This document shows positions 19,007 to 29,552 of a stretch of DNA of 64,000 nt, in pieces. Position numbers and translations under genes: made by a program. The stretch covers positions 1,024,001 to 1,088,000 of the forward strand of contig CAVRCF010000001.1 in the NCBI GenBank assembly GCA_963719505.1, given 5' to 3'. A model generated the notes under the pieces. It was not told where the DNA came from. It was given only the letters and a program-made list of their open reading frames with translations, and made no database searches. Numbering within the stretch: the first letter of the stretch is position 1; each line of letters opens with the position of its first letter. The DNA comes from Halobacteriovoraceae bacterium. GTDB taxonomy: Bacteria; Bdellovibrionota; Bacteriovoracia; Bacteriovoracales; Bacteriovoracaceae.

Positions 19007-20242
19007 TTATTTATAAACTGGAAAGTCTTTACATAAACTTTCAACTTCATCCCTTACCTGTTTTAAAACGACAGCATCATCATGATTTTTTAGTGCTTTT
19101 GAAATCCAGCCAGCAAGCATCTTCATATGGTTTTCTTTTAAGCCTCTGGTTGTAATGGCGGGTGTTCCAAGGCGAATACCACTTGTCACAAAAGGAGAGC
19201 GAGAATCATTCGGTATCATATTTTTGTTACAGGTAATATTAACTTCTTCTAAGATTCTCTCAGCGTCTTTTCCTGAGAGGTTCACTGAGTCTGTCTTGAC
19301 AAGAATAAGGTGGTTATCAGTCCCACGACTAACAAGATCAATTCCTTCATTAATCAAACTTTCAGCTAATGCTTTACAGTTTTTTAAAACTTGTTCTTGA
19401 TATATTTTAAAGTCAGGCTTTAGAGCTTCTCCAAAAGCCACCGCTTTACCGGCAATAACGTGTTCAAGGGGACCGCCTTGAATTCCTGGAAAAATGACTG
19501 AGTTTAGCTTTTTAAACCACTCTTCATTATTCGAGAGAATAATTCCACCTCTTGGACCCCTTAAGGTTTTATGAGTTGTGCTTGTAACAAAGTCTGCATG
19601 ATCAAGTGGACTTTGGTGGTGACCTGTAGCTACGAGTCCAGCAATATGGGCCATATCGACAAGAACGAGAGCTGAAACTCTTGTTGCAATATCTCTAATT
19701 CTTTTAAAATCAATTTCTCGAGGGTAGGCACTCGCTCCAGCGACAATCATTTTTGGATTGTGTAGCTTCGCTAAGGCTTCTATTTGGTCGTAATCAATTC
19801 TTTCATCCTCTCCCAAACCGTAGCTTATAAAGTTATAAAGCTTTCCTGAAAAGTTAACTGGACTTCCGTGAGTAAGATGACCACCATCATCTAGACTCAT
19901 TCCCAGAACTGTATCTCCAGGATTGAGAGTTGCCAGGTAGACACCCATATTAGCACTTGAGCCCGAGTGGGGTTGGACGTTGGCGTACTTTGCATTAAAA
20001 AGTTTTTTTAATCTATCGATGGCGAGTTGTTCGACAGTGTCGACATGTTCACATCCTCCGTAATATCTTTTCCCAGGGTAACCTTCAGCGTATTTATTTG
20101 TCAGGCAGCTCCCTTGTGCTTCCATAACAGCTTGAGAGCAATAGTTTTCTGAGGCAATAAGTTCAAGACCTATTTCTTGTCTTTCTCTTTCAAGCTCAAT
20201 ATTTTTAAAAACTTCAGGATCACTATCTTTTAAAAAACTCAT
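19007..20242 (-). CDS. glyA: Serine hydroxymethyltransferase
   Basis: [31 protein letters not shown]. Confidence 0.98.
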   Translation of the reverse strand: MSFLKDSDPEVFKNIELERERQEIGLELIASENYCSQAVMEAQGSCLTNKYAEGYPGKRYYGGCEHVDTVEQLAIDRLKKLFNAKYANVQPHSGSSANMGVYLATLNPGDTVLGMSLDDGGHLTHGSPVNFSGKLYNFISYGLGEDERIDYDQIEALAKLHNPKMIVAGASAYPREIDFKRIRDIATRVSALVLVDMAHIAGLVATGHHQSPLDHADFVTSTTHKTLRGPRGGIILSNNEEWFKKLNSVIFPGIQGGPLEHVIAGKAVAFGEALKPDFKIYQEQVLKNCKALAESLINEGIDLVSRGTDNHLILVKTDSVNLSGKDAERILEEVNITCNKNMIPNDSRSPFVTSGIRLGTPAITTRGLKENHMKMLAGWISKALKNHDDAVVLKQVRDEVESLCKDFPVYK

Positions 20243-20253
20243 TATAATTCCTT

Positions 20254-21501
20254 TTATTCTTCATACTTTTTAAAAATCGTCGTTGAATTGGTGCCACCAA
20301 ATCCAAACGAGTTATTTAAAACGTATTTAATTTCTCTTTCCACTTTTTTATTCGCGGTATAGTTTAAATCGCATCCTTCTGATGGATTATCTAAATTTAT
20401 CGTTGGTGGAATAACTCCATCAGTAATCGCTTTGACGCAAAAAACAGATTCTAAACCACCTGCAGCTCCAAGAAGGTGACCAGTCATAGACTTTGTTGAA
20501 CTTATATTTAGTTTTTTTGCATGCTCACCAAAGACGGCTTTAATAGCATTCGTCTCTGCAATATCACCTGTTGGAGTACTTGTTCCATGCGCATTAATAT
20601 AATCGATATCACTGGGCTTGATGCCAGCTTGCTTAATAGCTTGAAGCATACAAGGAATAGTTCCCTCACCCTCTGGGTGTGGACTTGTTATATGAAAAGC
20701 ATCTGCTGTTGAACCATAGCCGACAATTTCGGCTAAAATTTTGGCTCCACGGGCTTTTGCTTTTTCGAGGTTTTCTAAAACTAAAATTCCAGCTCCATCT
20801 CCCATGACAAAACCATCTCGATCTCGGTCAAATGGACGCGAGGCAAGAGTTGGATCGTCATTTCTTTTTGATAGTGCTTTCATTGAAGCGAAGCCTGCAA
20901 TCGTTAATCCTCCAATGACACATTCGCTGCCACCAGTAATAACTGCATCTTGGCGTCCTAGCATTATTTCTGATGCGGAGATCCCAATAGCATGTGCAGC
21001 TGAGGCACAAGCAGAACTTACAGCATGGTTCGTTCCACGAAAGTTCCACTTCATTGAAATCTTTCCTGTGGCCATGTTGGGTATAAAAGAAGGAACAAAA
21101 AACGGAGAGACTCTTCTGGCACCTTTTTCAAGATAAGTTTGATGAGTTTTTTCGATAAATGGAAATCCGCCAAGGCCTACACCCAAAACAGATCCAATCA
21201 TATAAGGATCGTATCCAGCTTTTAAAAGACCTGAGCTTTCGATAGCTTCGTTTGCACAGTGAAGGGCAAAATGAATAAACTTATCGAACCGATCTTGATC
21301 CTTTAAATCCATGATGTCCTCAGAGATAGTAAAGTTTTTCACCATTCCACCAATTTGGACAGGCCATGAGTCTGATCCCTCAAGGTCAATTTTAGAAATA
21401 CCAGACTTTCCGTCTAAAGCGTTTGCCCACACTTCGTCTAGATTATTTCCCAGGCCACAGATGGCACTGACTCCAGTAACGGCAACTCGATTTAATTGCA
21501 T
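20254..21501 (-). CDS. fabF: 3-oxoacyl-ACP synthase II
   Basis: [34 protein letters not shown]. Confidence 0.96.
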   Translation of the reverse strand: MQLNRVAVTGVSAICGLGNNLDEVWANALDGKSGISKIDLEGSDSWPVQIGGMVKNFTISEDIMDLKDQDRFDKFIHFALHCANEAIESSGLLKAGYDPYMIGSVLGVGLGGFPFIEKTHQTYLEKGARRVSPFFVPSFIPNMATGKISMKWNFRGTNHAVSSACASAAHAIGISASEIMLGRQDAVITGGSECVIGGLTIAGFASMKALSKRNDDPTLASRPFDRDRDGFVMGDGAGILVLENLEKAKARGAKILAEIVGYGSTADAFHITSPHPEGEGTIPCMLQAIKQAGIKPSDIDYINAHGTSTPTGDIAETNAIKAVFGEHAKKLNISSTKSMTGHLLGAAGGLESVFCVKAITDGVIPPTINLDNPSEGCDLNYTANKKVEREIKYVLNNSFGFGGTNSTTIFKKYEE

Positions 21502-21511
21502 AAAAAATTCC

Positions 21512-21539
21512 AAAAAAAAAGCCCCGGAACTTCCGAGGC
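21512..21539 (-). terminator. Intrinsic terminator between acpP and fabF
   Basis: Minus strand GCCTCGGAAGTTCCGGGGC followed by T9. Confidence 0.8.
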
Positions 21540-21547
21540 AAAGTTAA

Positions 21548-21778
21548 TTAGTTTAAAGTTTTTAAGAAGTTTGTTACATCGTTGATCGTTTTGAGATCTT
21601 CAGTTTTGTCTTCAGGAATCTCAACTCCAAACTCTTCTTCCATTTTCATCATCATCTCAACCATGTCTAGTGAGTCTAGGTTCAGATCATCGATAAAATT
21701 AGTTTCAGCTTTAATATTTGAAGCATCTACTTTTGTTGCTTCGCTTACGATTTTGATTACTTTTTCTTGTGTTTCCAT
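21548..21778 (-). CDS. acpP: Acyl carrier protein
   Basis: DLNLDSLDMVE phosphopantetheine site. Confidence 0.97.
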   Translation of the reverse strand: METQEKVIKIVSEATKVDASNIKAETNFIDDLNLDSLDMVEMMMKMEEEFGVEIPEDKTEDLKTINDVTNFLKTLN

Positions 21779-21836
21779 TGATATATCCTCCGAAAGTTTA
21801 CCTGTTAATTTTATTTAGTTAATGACGTTATAGTAG

Positions 21837-22598
21837 TTAAATATACAGTCCACCGTCAACTTTAATTACCTCTCCGGTAATATAGGATGACGCGCTGCTG
21901 AGTAAGAAAAGAACAAGGTTTGTGACGTCTTCAGTCTTACCGTATTCTCCCATTGGAATGGCTTTTTTATACTCATCTTGAGCCTTTTCCGGTATCTCAG
22001 CGGTCATTTCCGTTTCAATAAACCCCGGAGCAATAGCATTACATCTCATTTTCCTAGATCCAAGCTCTTTTGCGAAAGATTTGGTAAACCCAATCAGTCC
22101 GGCTTTTGATGCTGCATAGACAGATTGAGAAGTATTGCCCATAAGTCCTACAACTGAACTCATATTAATAACGGAGACATCTTTAGCTTTTAAGAAATTT
22201 CGACAAAGATGGTTAGTGAGGACCATCGTGGATTTTAAATTAACATCCATAATAAAATCAATATCATCCGGTTTAACTCTCATCATGAGCTGATCCTTGG
22301 AAACACCGGCGTTATTAACCAGTCCTGAGATGGCTCCGTGTTCTTTTACAAATTCATCTAAACAAGATTTCATTGAGTCGTAGTCAGTCATATCAAAGTT
22401 TAAAGCCGTCGCGTTCATAGCTCCAAGAGATTTGAGTTCCTCAACAAGTTGTTGCGCATTTTCAGGGTTACTTCTGTAATTAAAAACGACATGAGCTCTA
22501 TTTGTTGCAAGAGATTTTGCAATTGCATTACCAATCCCGCGAGTCGCACCTGTAACAAGAACGATTTTATTTTCTAAATCACTATAAATTACATTCAT
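21837..22598 (-). CDS. fabG: 3-oxoacyl-ACP reductase
   Basis: TGATRGIG, NNAG, YAASK, VDGG. Confidence 0.95.
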   Translation of the reverse strand: MNVIYSDLENKIVLVTGATRGIGNAIAKSLATNRAHVVFNYRSNPENAQQLVEELKSLGAMNATALNFDMTDYDSMKSCLDEFVKEHGAISGLVNNAGVSKDQLMMRVKPDDIDFIMDVNLKSTMVLTNHLCRNFLKAKDVSVINMSSVVGLMGNTSQSVYAASKAGLIGFTKSFAKELGSRKMRCNAIAPGFIETEMTAEIPEKAQDEYKKAIPMGEYGKTEDVTNLVLFLLSSASSYITGEVIKVDGGLYI

Positions 22599-23544
22599 TT
22601 AAAAACTCCTCAAGACCTTTGAAGCCTTCATCGCAATCAAGGTTATAAGTTCTCATTTCATTATTTATTTTTTTATTTAACCCTTTAAGAACTTTTCCAG
22701 GTCCGACCTCAATAAAGACAGTATCACTAGGAAGAGAAGATATAGACTGACTCCATAAAACAGAGCCACAAACCTGCTGAATTAAATTCTCTTTGATCTG
22801 ATCAACTGACGTGCCAGGGCTTTTAACTTTTGCATCAATATTTGTAATATAGGGAAGAGTATTTTCTGACAGTTGTATTGTCTCTAAAAAAGATTTCAGG
22901 TTTTTTTCAGCTGGCTTCATCAAGCTTGAATGAAAGGGAGCAGAAACACTTAGCTCCATTGCCCTAAATCGGCCTTCAAAGTTTTCTTCAATCCATTTTA
23001 TTGCTTTTTCACAGGCAGCGGCATGGCCAGAGATAACTGTTTGTGTAGGCTCATTAAAATTTGCAGGCATTACCTGTTCATCTTCAGTGGAAACTTCAAG
23101 GCAAGCTTTCGCCACAACTTCGGAGGGGACTCTGAGCATAGCATACATTTTTCCCACACCTTCTGGAGTTGCCTCTTGCATGAAGCGACCTCTATTCTTA
23201 ACCGCTTTAATGGCATCTTTGACCTGCAGCGATCCAGCAGCAACCAAAGCAGAGTACTCACCAACTGAATGTCCAAGGACTCTATCTATTGAAATATTTC
23301 TTTTCTCTAAAACAATTTTTAAATTTTCAAACAAGGCAACTGAGTGAGCAACTATTGCTGGCTGAGTATTTTCTGTAAGCTTGAGTTCTTCTTCTGGTCC
23401 TTCAAACATTAAGTTTTTGAGATCAAAGTCACATGCTTCATTGGCCATTTTAAAAATATCTTGAGCGCGAGAGGTTGAGTCAAGAGACTTTCCCATTCCA
23501 ACGTACTGTGATCCTTGACCAGGAAAAATAAGTGTTACACCCAT
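22582..23544 (-). CDS. fabD: Malonyl-CoA:ACP transacylase
   Basis: FPGQGSQ, GHSVGE, SAPFHS, EVGPGKVL. Confidence 0.96.
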   Translation of the reverse strand: MGVTLIFPGQGSQYVGMGKSLDSTSRAQDIFKMANEACDFDLKNLMFEGPEEELKLTENTQPAIVAHSVALFENLKIVLEKRNISIDRVLGHSVGEYSALVAAGSLQVKDAIKAVKNRGRFMQEATPEGVGKMYAMLRVPSEVVAKACLEVSTEDEQVMPANFNEPTQTVISGHAAACEKAIKWIEENFEGRFRAMELSVSAPFHSSLMKPAEKNLKSFLETIQLSENTLPYITNIDAKVKSPGTSVDQIKENLIQQVCGSVLWSQSISSLPSDTVFIEVGPGKVLKGLNKKINNEMRTYNLDCDEGFKGLEEFLNECNL

Positions 23545-23567
23545 ATCAAATCTCCGTTTCTATTTGT

Positions 23568-24560
23568 CTAAAATTTTAAAAGGACAGCACCACTGGTTAA
23601 ACCAGCACCGAAGGCTGCAAATAAAATTGTTTGTCCTCGTTTAATTCTTCCATCCATAAAGGCTTCGTGAAGAGCTGCCGGGACTGAGGCGCTTGAAGTA
23701 TTAGCGTATTTTTCAACATTGCAGATAACTTTATCCATTGGATAGTCTAAAATCTTTGCAGTTGTTTCAATGATACGAAGGTTTGCTTGGTGAGGTATAA
23801 ACCAGTCAATATCTTCTTTTGTAAGGTTATTTCTTTCGATCAAAGTAGCACAGTGTCGCGCCATAGTTTTAACGGCATTTTTAAAAACAACTTGGCCATC
23901 CATTGTGACAAACTGCTCTTTCTTTTCTAAGACTTCGTGAGTGATAGGAGACTTACTTCCACCTTTAAGTAAAATAAGGCTGTCAGACTTTGTTCCGTCA
24001 CAGCTTAAAATAGAATCAATAAATTCTGCTCCATCATTGTCTTCATTTCTAGAAAGAACAGTTGCTCCAGAGCCGTCACCAAAAAGGATGCAAGAGCTTC
24101 TATCTTCCCAGTTGTTGAATGCAGAAGTCATCTCTGTTCCAACAACAAGAATATGCTTATGAACACCGGTTTTGATAAGAGCATCAGCGACTTGAAGTCC
24201 ATAAACCCAACCTGTACATGCGGCATTGATATCCATACAAGCACATTGATTAGTCATTCCAAGTTTTGTTTGCAACTGGCTTGCAGTATTTGGAAAAAGA
24301 TAGTCTGGTAGAGTCACTGAAAAAATAATCATTGAGATATCATCAACCGTTATATTAGCATTTTTTATCGCTTCTTTAGATGCGTGGTAAGCCATAGCAC
24401 TTGGGTATTCAGTTTCAGCGTCTGCAATTCTTCTTTCCTTTATTCCTGTTCTTTGAACAATCCACTCATCACTTGTGTCGACGATTTTTGACATGTCTTC
24501 ATTCGTCATTACTTTTTCGGGATGAAATTTTCCAGTACCAGATATTTTTGTTGCAAACAT
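23568..24560 (-). CDS. fabH: 3-oxoacyl-ACP synthase III
   Basis: RTGIKERR, AACTG, PHQANLRI, NTSSAS, FGAGLT. Confidence 0.96.
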   Translation of the reverse strand: MFATKISGTGKFHPEKVMTNEDMSKIVDTSDEWIVQRTGIKERRIADAETEYPSAMAYHASKEAIKNANITVDDISMIIFSVTLPDYLFPNTASQLQTKLGMTNQCACMDINAACTGWVYGLQVADALIKTGVHKHILVVGTEMTSAFNNWEDRSSCILFGDGSGATVLSRNEDNDGAEFIDSILSCDGTKSDSLILLKGGSKSPITHEVLEKKEQFVTMDGQVVFKNAVKTMARHCATLIERNNLTKEDIDWFIPHQANLRIIETTAKILDYPMDKVICNVEKYANTSSASVPAALHEAFMDGRIKRGQTILFAAFGAGLTSGAVLLKF

Positions 24561-24599
24561 ATTGAATTCCTTTTTTAAAATCGATCTCAGACTTTATGG

Positions 24600-24642
24600 A
24601 AAAAAAAAACCTTCAATTAATATAGTCTTAATTGAAGGTTTT
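24600..24642 (-). terminator. Terminator-like hairpin between rpmF and fabH
   Basis: AAAACCTTCAATTAA-7nt-TTAATTGAAGGTTTT with a flanking A-run. Confidence 0.7.
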
Positions 24643-24718
24643 ATTTTTTGTTTAAATAATTTGGTCTATTTGGTTGTTGTTTTTAATAAAAGTGCCAAAA
24701 AGATTTTGAACAGAATGC

Positions 24719-24931
24719 TTACGCTTCTGTTTCAGTTTCTTCTTCTTTTACTTTAATTGTAAAAACTTCTTTACCTTTGTAAGTACCACAGCTTGGACAT
24801 GCTTTGCTTGGCATAGTCATATCGCCACAGTTAGGGCAATTCATTGGGTGCTTTCTATAAAGTTTATGATGCTGACCAGCTCTTCTTAAACCTTTTCTTG
24901 ATACAGATGTTTTCTTCTTAGGAACTGCCAT
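24719..24931 (-). CDS. rpmF: 50S ribosomal protein L32
   Basis: MAVPKKKTS, CPNC...CPSCGTYKG. Confidence 0.96.
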   Translation of the reverse strand: MAVPKKKTSVSRKGLRRAGQHHKLYRKHPMNCPNCGDMTMPSKACPSCGTYKGKEVFTIKVKEEETETEA

Positions 24932-25057
24932 AATATACTCCGATGTGCTTATTTTTATTATTACTAATAAGTTTTAAATATCCTTAAAAACGAGTCTAAA
25001 TATATAGGTTAAGAATCTATATATGCCAACTTCTTTTTGGACAAAAGTCTATTTTAT

Positions 25058-25609
25058 TTACTGTTTGGTCGCCGTTGACGTCTCAGTCCAACCGAGTTCT
25101 GCGTCATTATCTAGAACAGGATACTGATTATAGTTCAGATAGATCTGTTCATGGATTAAAAGCTTGATATCAGCCACTCGATTTTCGTAAAAATATAACT
25201 CTCGAACCTCTCCATCCATATAGATGTCGACCTGATCCGCTAATTCTTCATTTTTTTCATTAACAGAATCCAAGTAACAACCCTTGAATTCAACTTCCAA
25301 GGAGTCTTTCATCTCTTTTAAAGTTCTGATGCATTGAGTAAAATACTCTGTGCTGACTGAGCCTGAAAGAATTAAATATTCACCATACGTACTATTAAAT
25401 TTTTTCTCAATAGTGAGCTTAACATTCACAAAGCTGTCTTCCACATACTCTTCAGGAAGCTTGGTATCAGCGTTTTCATTGAGTTCTAAAAGAATATCTC
25501 TAATCCACGGCTGAGATTCGTCCATATCATATTGCTGAGCACTATCCATGGGAAATTTAGTAACAACTAAAGTCCCTTTTGTGTTTTTACTATCCATCAA
25601 TTGATTCAT
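25058..25609 (-). CDS. yceD: YceD/DUF177 family protein
   Basis: Position upstream of rpmF; 'QCIRTL', 'LIHEQIYL'. Confidence 0.7.
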   Translation of the reverse strand: MNQLMDSKNTKGTLVVTKFPMDSAQQYDMDESQPWIRDILLELNENADTKLPEEYVEDSFVNVKLTIEKKFNSTYGEYLILSGSVSTEYFTQCIRTLKEMKDSLEVEFKGCYLDSVNEKNEELADQVDIYMDGEVRELYFYENRVADIKLLIHEQIYLNYNQYPVLDNDAELGWTETSTATKQ

Positions 25610-25677
25610 ATACTAACCACGCTTCTTTATGTTGAGACGCGGTTATAACGCACCAGACATTAAGTGAAAAGGAAAAT

Positions 25678-26142
25678 ATGAAGTACTTCATTTGTGGCTT
25701 TATGGCCGCTGGTAAGACGACGGCTCTAAAAAGAATTTCTAATAATGAAAAATGGTTCGGATATTCCTTTGTCGATCTCGACTTTAAAATTTTTGAAAAG
25801 TATGGACAAGGACATAGAAACCTCAGTGAGTTAATTACTAAAAATGGCTTTGAGTGGTTTAGAAAAGTTGAAAAAGAAGTTCTCATTGAGATGTTGAGCC
25901 TTGAAAAGGTGTGGATAGCACTTGGGGGAGGAACTCTAGACGCTACAACAATGGAGATTCTGGACAATAAAGCTAATATTAAAGGCTATTTTTTATCCAC
26001 TCCATTTGAAGTTTGCCTAGAACGAATGCGAAAGGAGCCGGGCTCAAGACCATTGGCGAACATGTCTGATGATGAACTCAAAGAGCTGTATCACCAAAGA
26101 ATGGTTAACTATTCGAAGTTTGAGCCCCTTGTCATCTCATAA
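25678..26142 (+). CDS. aroK: Shikimate kinase
   Basis: GFMAAGKTT, DLD, FRKVE, ALGGG, RPL. Confidence 0.9.
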   Translation: MKYFICGFMAAGKTTALKRISNNEKWFGYSFVDLDFKIFEKYGQGHRNLSELITKNGFEWFRKVEKEVLIEMLSLEKVWIALGGGTLDATTMEILDNKANIKGYFLSTPFEVCLERMRKEPGSRPLANMSDDELKELYHQRMVNYSKFEPLVIS

Positions 26143-26187
26143 ATTTGAATGTCATAATAAAGACAGAAATTGATTCAAGGAATAAAA

Positions 26188-27612
26188 ATGAAAAAACAGG
26201 TAAGCAACGAGCAAAACGATTTTCAAGTAGCTTTATTGATGGATGACATTACTGAAGCCAAAGTTATCTCCGAAGCCTTTAGAGAACTTGGCATTTATGC
26301 ACACTTTTATCAAAACCTTGATGAGTACTGGGTCGATATCAATTCACAAACGCCGAATCTTACAATCGTCGATGTAAAAAAAATGTCGGAGGGGGAACTT
26401 CTTTTTGAAAATCACCCTAAAGTTAAATCAGGAAACCTCTGTTTCGCGTTTTTCTATAAAGAAGAAACAAAAATACTTTTAAATTCAACTTACAATCTCA
26501 ATCACTTTGGTCTTATAAAAAAAGAAATTAGCATTGGTGGACAAATAATTTCTCTTTTAAGAAGAAGAAATTCAGAACTGTCTTTGATCGATCAAAATAT
26601 TGACCTCGCATCTAAACTGAATAGAGTTCAGAAAAGAACACAGGCTCTATCAGAAATAGCTCAAAAATCTCAGCAGTTTGAAAATCAAATTGAATTGATG
26701 AACCAATTTTTTACTAAAATTGGAACAGCCACAAACTCAAAAGACTTTTTAAGGAACCTGAGTTCTACTTTTAACGAGTGGGAGCACTGCTTGGCCTTTG
26801 GCGTTTATCAGTTGTCAAAGAACTCTCAAAAACTCTCTAGTATCGAAAAGAGAGGTCCAAAATTCAAAGGCCTCCCTGATCTTTGGTTGAGTTCTCCGTG
26901 TAACGAGGGCATTAAAGGATACGCTAAAGAAATGGCTGAAGACGTTTCTCGAGATTACCTTTTAAATGCAGCGAGATCTATTGAGATAAAAGGGCAATAT
27001 GTTAATGCGGATATATTAATTTTAGCGAATTTTGATGAAGCATCTTTGAATGCATTTGACTGGAGCCTTTTCTCAGAGCGACTTTCAAATCTTTACAGAA
27101 TGAGTAAAATAAATGAACTAACAATTACCAAAGATCAAAATGAAATGGATGCCTATGAAGCGATGTCGTTTTTAGATGATCTTTATTTTCACCAATCTCA
27201 GTCAAAGCACAAAGTAATCAATCTTGATCTTTCACCTCTTTTGAGTTTACTGAAAGAAAAGCACAGTAATAGGTTTTACTGGAAGTCCTTTATCCACGAT
27301 TTCAAAGAAGATCTTGTAAGAAACTTGTCAGGAGATTTTAAGTTTTCTCTTTATGGGTCTCAAAGCATTTTACTTTTTGTCGATAGAGAAAACATTGATA
27401 GAGACTTTCAAACTCTTAAACATTTTATTAACGACTTCCCTTATTTTAAATTCTTTGAAGACTCAAGCCTCATCATGAGTAATGCGGATAAACCGGAACT
27501 TCTGAGTCTTACTCCAAGCTCGACAAATTTTTTAAGACAGATGGAGACAAAGCATTTACTAAAAACAAAAGAGATAAGACCTTCTAGTGCGTCTCCGGTT
27601 TTTAATATTTAA
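26188..27612 (+). CDS. Hypothetical signalling protein (receiver-like N-terminus, coiled coil, possible degenerate GGDEF C-terminus)
   Basis: LLMDD...LTIVDV receiver pattern; C-terminal VINLDL...FSLYGSQSILLF; AAGGA RBS. Confidence 0.5.
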   Translation: MKKQVSNEQNDFQVALLMDDITEAKVISEAFRELGIYAHFYQNLDEYWVDINSQTPNLTIVDVKKMSEGELLFENHPKVKSGNLCFAFFYKEETKILLNSTYNLNHFGLIKKEISIGGQIISLLRRRNSELSLIDQNIDLASKLNRVQKRTQALSEIAQKSQQFENQIELMNQFFTKIGTATNSKDFLRNLSSTFNEWEHCLAFGVYQLSKNSQKLSSIEKRGPKFKGLPDLWLSSPCNEGIKGYAKEMAEDVSRDYLLNAARSIEIKGQYVNADILILANFDEASLNAFDWSLFSERLSNLYRMSKINELTITKDQNEMDAYEAMSFLDDLYFHQSQSKHKVINLDLSPLLSLLKEKHSNRFYWKSFIHDFKEDLVRNLSGDFKFSLYGSQSILLFVDRENIDRDFQTLKHFINDFPYFKFFEDSSLIMSNADKPELLSLTPSSTNFLRQMETKHLLKTKEIRPSSASPVFNI

Positions 27613-28724
27613 TGCGTTTAAATTCTTCGCTTTTTATTGATCTTAAAATTCTCAACAAGAATTTTAAGAAATTAGAGAGTCTAGCACCGAACAATAAAAT
27701 TATTTTCATGGTTAAGGGAGACGCCTATGGACATGGTCTCAAGCAAATCTCTGCTCACGTTGAAAAAGAAGGTCTTTGTGAGTGTTTTGGTGTCGCTTCT
27801 TTAGGAGAGGCGATTGTACTTCGTTCTTCGGGGATCAAATCAAAAATTTATGTTTTCTCCGACGTGGAAGTTGCAAGTGAGCTTTCTACTTATGAACAGA
27901 TGGATTTAATTCCTGTATTAAGTTCACTGGAACAAGTTCACTCATTCTTAAAATTTAAAAGCTGTAAAATCCCACTCGTTTTGAAATTTAATACTGGTAT
28001 GAATAGACTTGGTCTAAACCATAGGGATATTGGTGATCTGACTTCTTTGTTAAAAGCAAATAAAATTACATCAATTTCGCATCTGATGACTCATTTTTCA
28101 AACTCATATTTTAAAATAAAAAAAAATGATAAGACTCATCGCCAGTACGAGACGTTTAAAGAGATAAAAAATTACCTGGAAAATCATTTTCTAGTGGGGG
28201 AGAGTTCAGTTTCAAACTCTGGAGCAATCGAGCAAAAGTTTGGACTTGAAGAGACTCATATAAGACCTGGATTAATGCTCTACGGTCCAGCGAGTGTTGG
28301 CGCTTATAAAAAAGAAGAGAGGCTTTGGAGTGGTGAAATTATCAGTCGACTCCAAACAAAATTAGTGAGCATTCGCGGGGTCAATAAAGGCGACCCCGTG
28401 GGTTATGGTGGTACTGTGACGCCAAACAATGGATCTATACTCACTGCGCCGATTGGCTATGCTGATGGGATTTTGACTTATTATGCCGGTTTAAAATTAA
28501 AGATTAAAAGCCATGAGATAAAAATTCATGGGCGAGTCAATATGGACCTCACTTCATTTTATAGCTCACAGAAGAGTGATCAGTTTAGCTTGGAAGATGA
28601 AATTGAATTTTGGAATCATTCACAAGATTCAATGACTGAGTTGTGTACTCAGGTTAAGACAATTCCCTATCAAATATTTACGGCCATCACAACAAGGATA
28701 CCTCGGATTTATTCTGATAAATAA
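27612..28724 (+). CDS. alr: Alanine racemase
   Basis: MVKGDAYGHG, NTGMNRLG, RPGLMLYG, GYADG, GRVNMD. Confidence 0.95.
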   Translation: MRLNSSLFIDLKILNKNFKKLESLAPNNKIIFMVKGDAYGHGLKQISAHVEKEGLCECFGVASLGEAIVLRSSGIKSKIYVFSDVEVASELSTYEQMDLIPVLSSLEQVHSFLKFKSCKIPLVLKFNTGMNRLGLNHRDIGDLTSLLKANKITSISHLMTHFSNSYFKIKKNDKTHRQYETFKEIKNYLENHFLVGESSVSNSGAIEQKFGLEETHIRPGLMLYGPASVGAYKKEERLWSGEIISRLQTKLVSIRGVNKGDPVGYGGTVTPNNGSILTAPIGYADGILTYYAGLKLKIKSHEIKIHGRVNMDLTSFYSSQKSDQFSLEDEIEFWNHSQDSMTELCTQVKTIPYQIFTAITTRIPRIYSDK

Positions 28725-28760
28725 ATTCCCAACTTCCTTTTAATTCACTATAATTTTCAA

Positions 28761-29552
28761 ATGGTTACCGTTTTAAAAAGTGGTGTTTCAAAGGTGGGAG
28801 AGACTGTTCTTAGTGTTACCCCTGCTATTGGAAGACTCACTCTCTATATTGTCTCAAGCTTGAGCTGGTTTTTTAGACCACCACTCAGAAGAAAACTCTT
28901 TTTTGAACAAATGGTTTTCATGGGAAATAAAAGTCTCTTTATTGTTTTTCTTACTTCTTCATTTTCCGGAATGGTTTTTGCCTACCAAATTTATCTTGGA
29001 TTTACAGCCTTTAGTGTCGACTCTTTTGTAGGACCCATTGTGGCGATAGCTATGTGCAAAGAACTAGCACCTGTTTTAACAGGACTTGTCGTTGCCGGTA
29101 GATGTGGAGCGGCTATGGCCGCGCAAATTGGAACGATGAAAGTGACTGAGCAAGTAGATGCCTTAGAGTGTATGGGTGTTAATAGTGTCCAATACCTTGC
29201 CGTTCCAAGAATTTTTGCAACGACAGTAACAATGCCAATGCTTTGTGGAATCTTTATGCTAGTCGCAAACTTTGGTTCGTGGATGATAGGGGTCAAGGTC
29301 CTTGGAATCGATGATGTAATGTACTTTGCAAAACTATCAGACTTTATGAACTTGTCGATGATCCTTGAAGGTCTTATCAAAGCGGCAGTCTTTGGGTTTA
29401 TCATCTCTATTATTGGAACCTATCAAGGTTTTGCCGTTAAAGGTGGAGCTGAAGGAGTTGGTAAGGGAACAAATATGGCCGTGGTCTGGGGAATGATTAT
29501 GGTTTTAATATCAGATTTCTTTTTAACAGCAATACTTGCAAAGGTCCTTTAA
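28761..29552 (+). CDS. mlaE: Mla ABC transporter permease
   Basis: KELAPVLTGLVVAGRCGAAMAAQIGTMKVTEQVDAL. Confidence 0.95.
   Translation: MVTVLKSGVSKVGETVLSVTPAIGRLTLYIVSSLSWFFRPPLRRKLFFEQMVFMGNKSLFIVFLTSSFSGMVFAYQIYLGFTAFSVDSFVGPIVAIAMCKELAPVLTGLVVAGRCGAAMAAQIGTMKVTEQVDALECMGVNSVQYLAVPRIFATTVTMPMLCGIFMLVANFGSWMIGVKVLGIDDVMYFAKLSDFMNLSMILEGLIKAAVFGFIISIIGTYQGFAVKGGAEGVGKGTNMAVVWGMIMVLISDFFLTAILAKVL

Noticed and set aside
24562-24756. 64-aa plus-strand ORF between fabH and rpmF
   Set aside because: Spans a terminator hairpin, is antisense to rpmF and has low complexity.
5861-29404. Antisense ORFs such as 5861-6301, 15104-15556, 20741-21136 and 28991-29404
   Set aside because: Opposite-strand shadows of well-supported genes.
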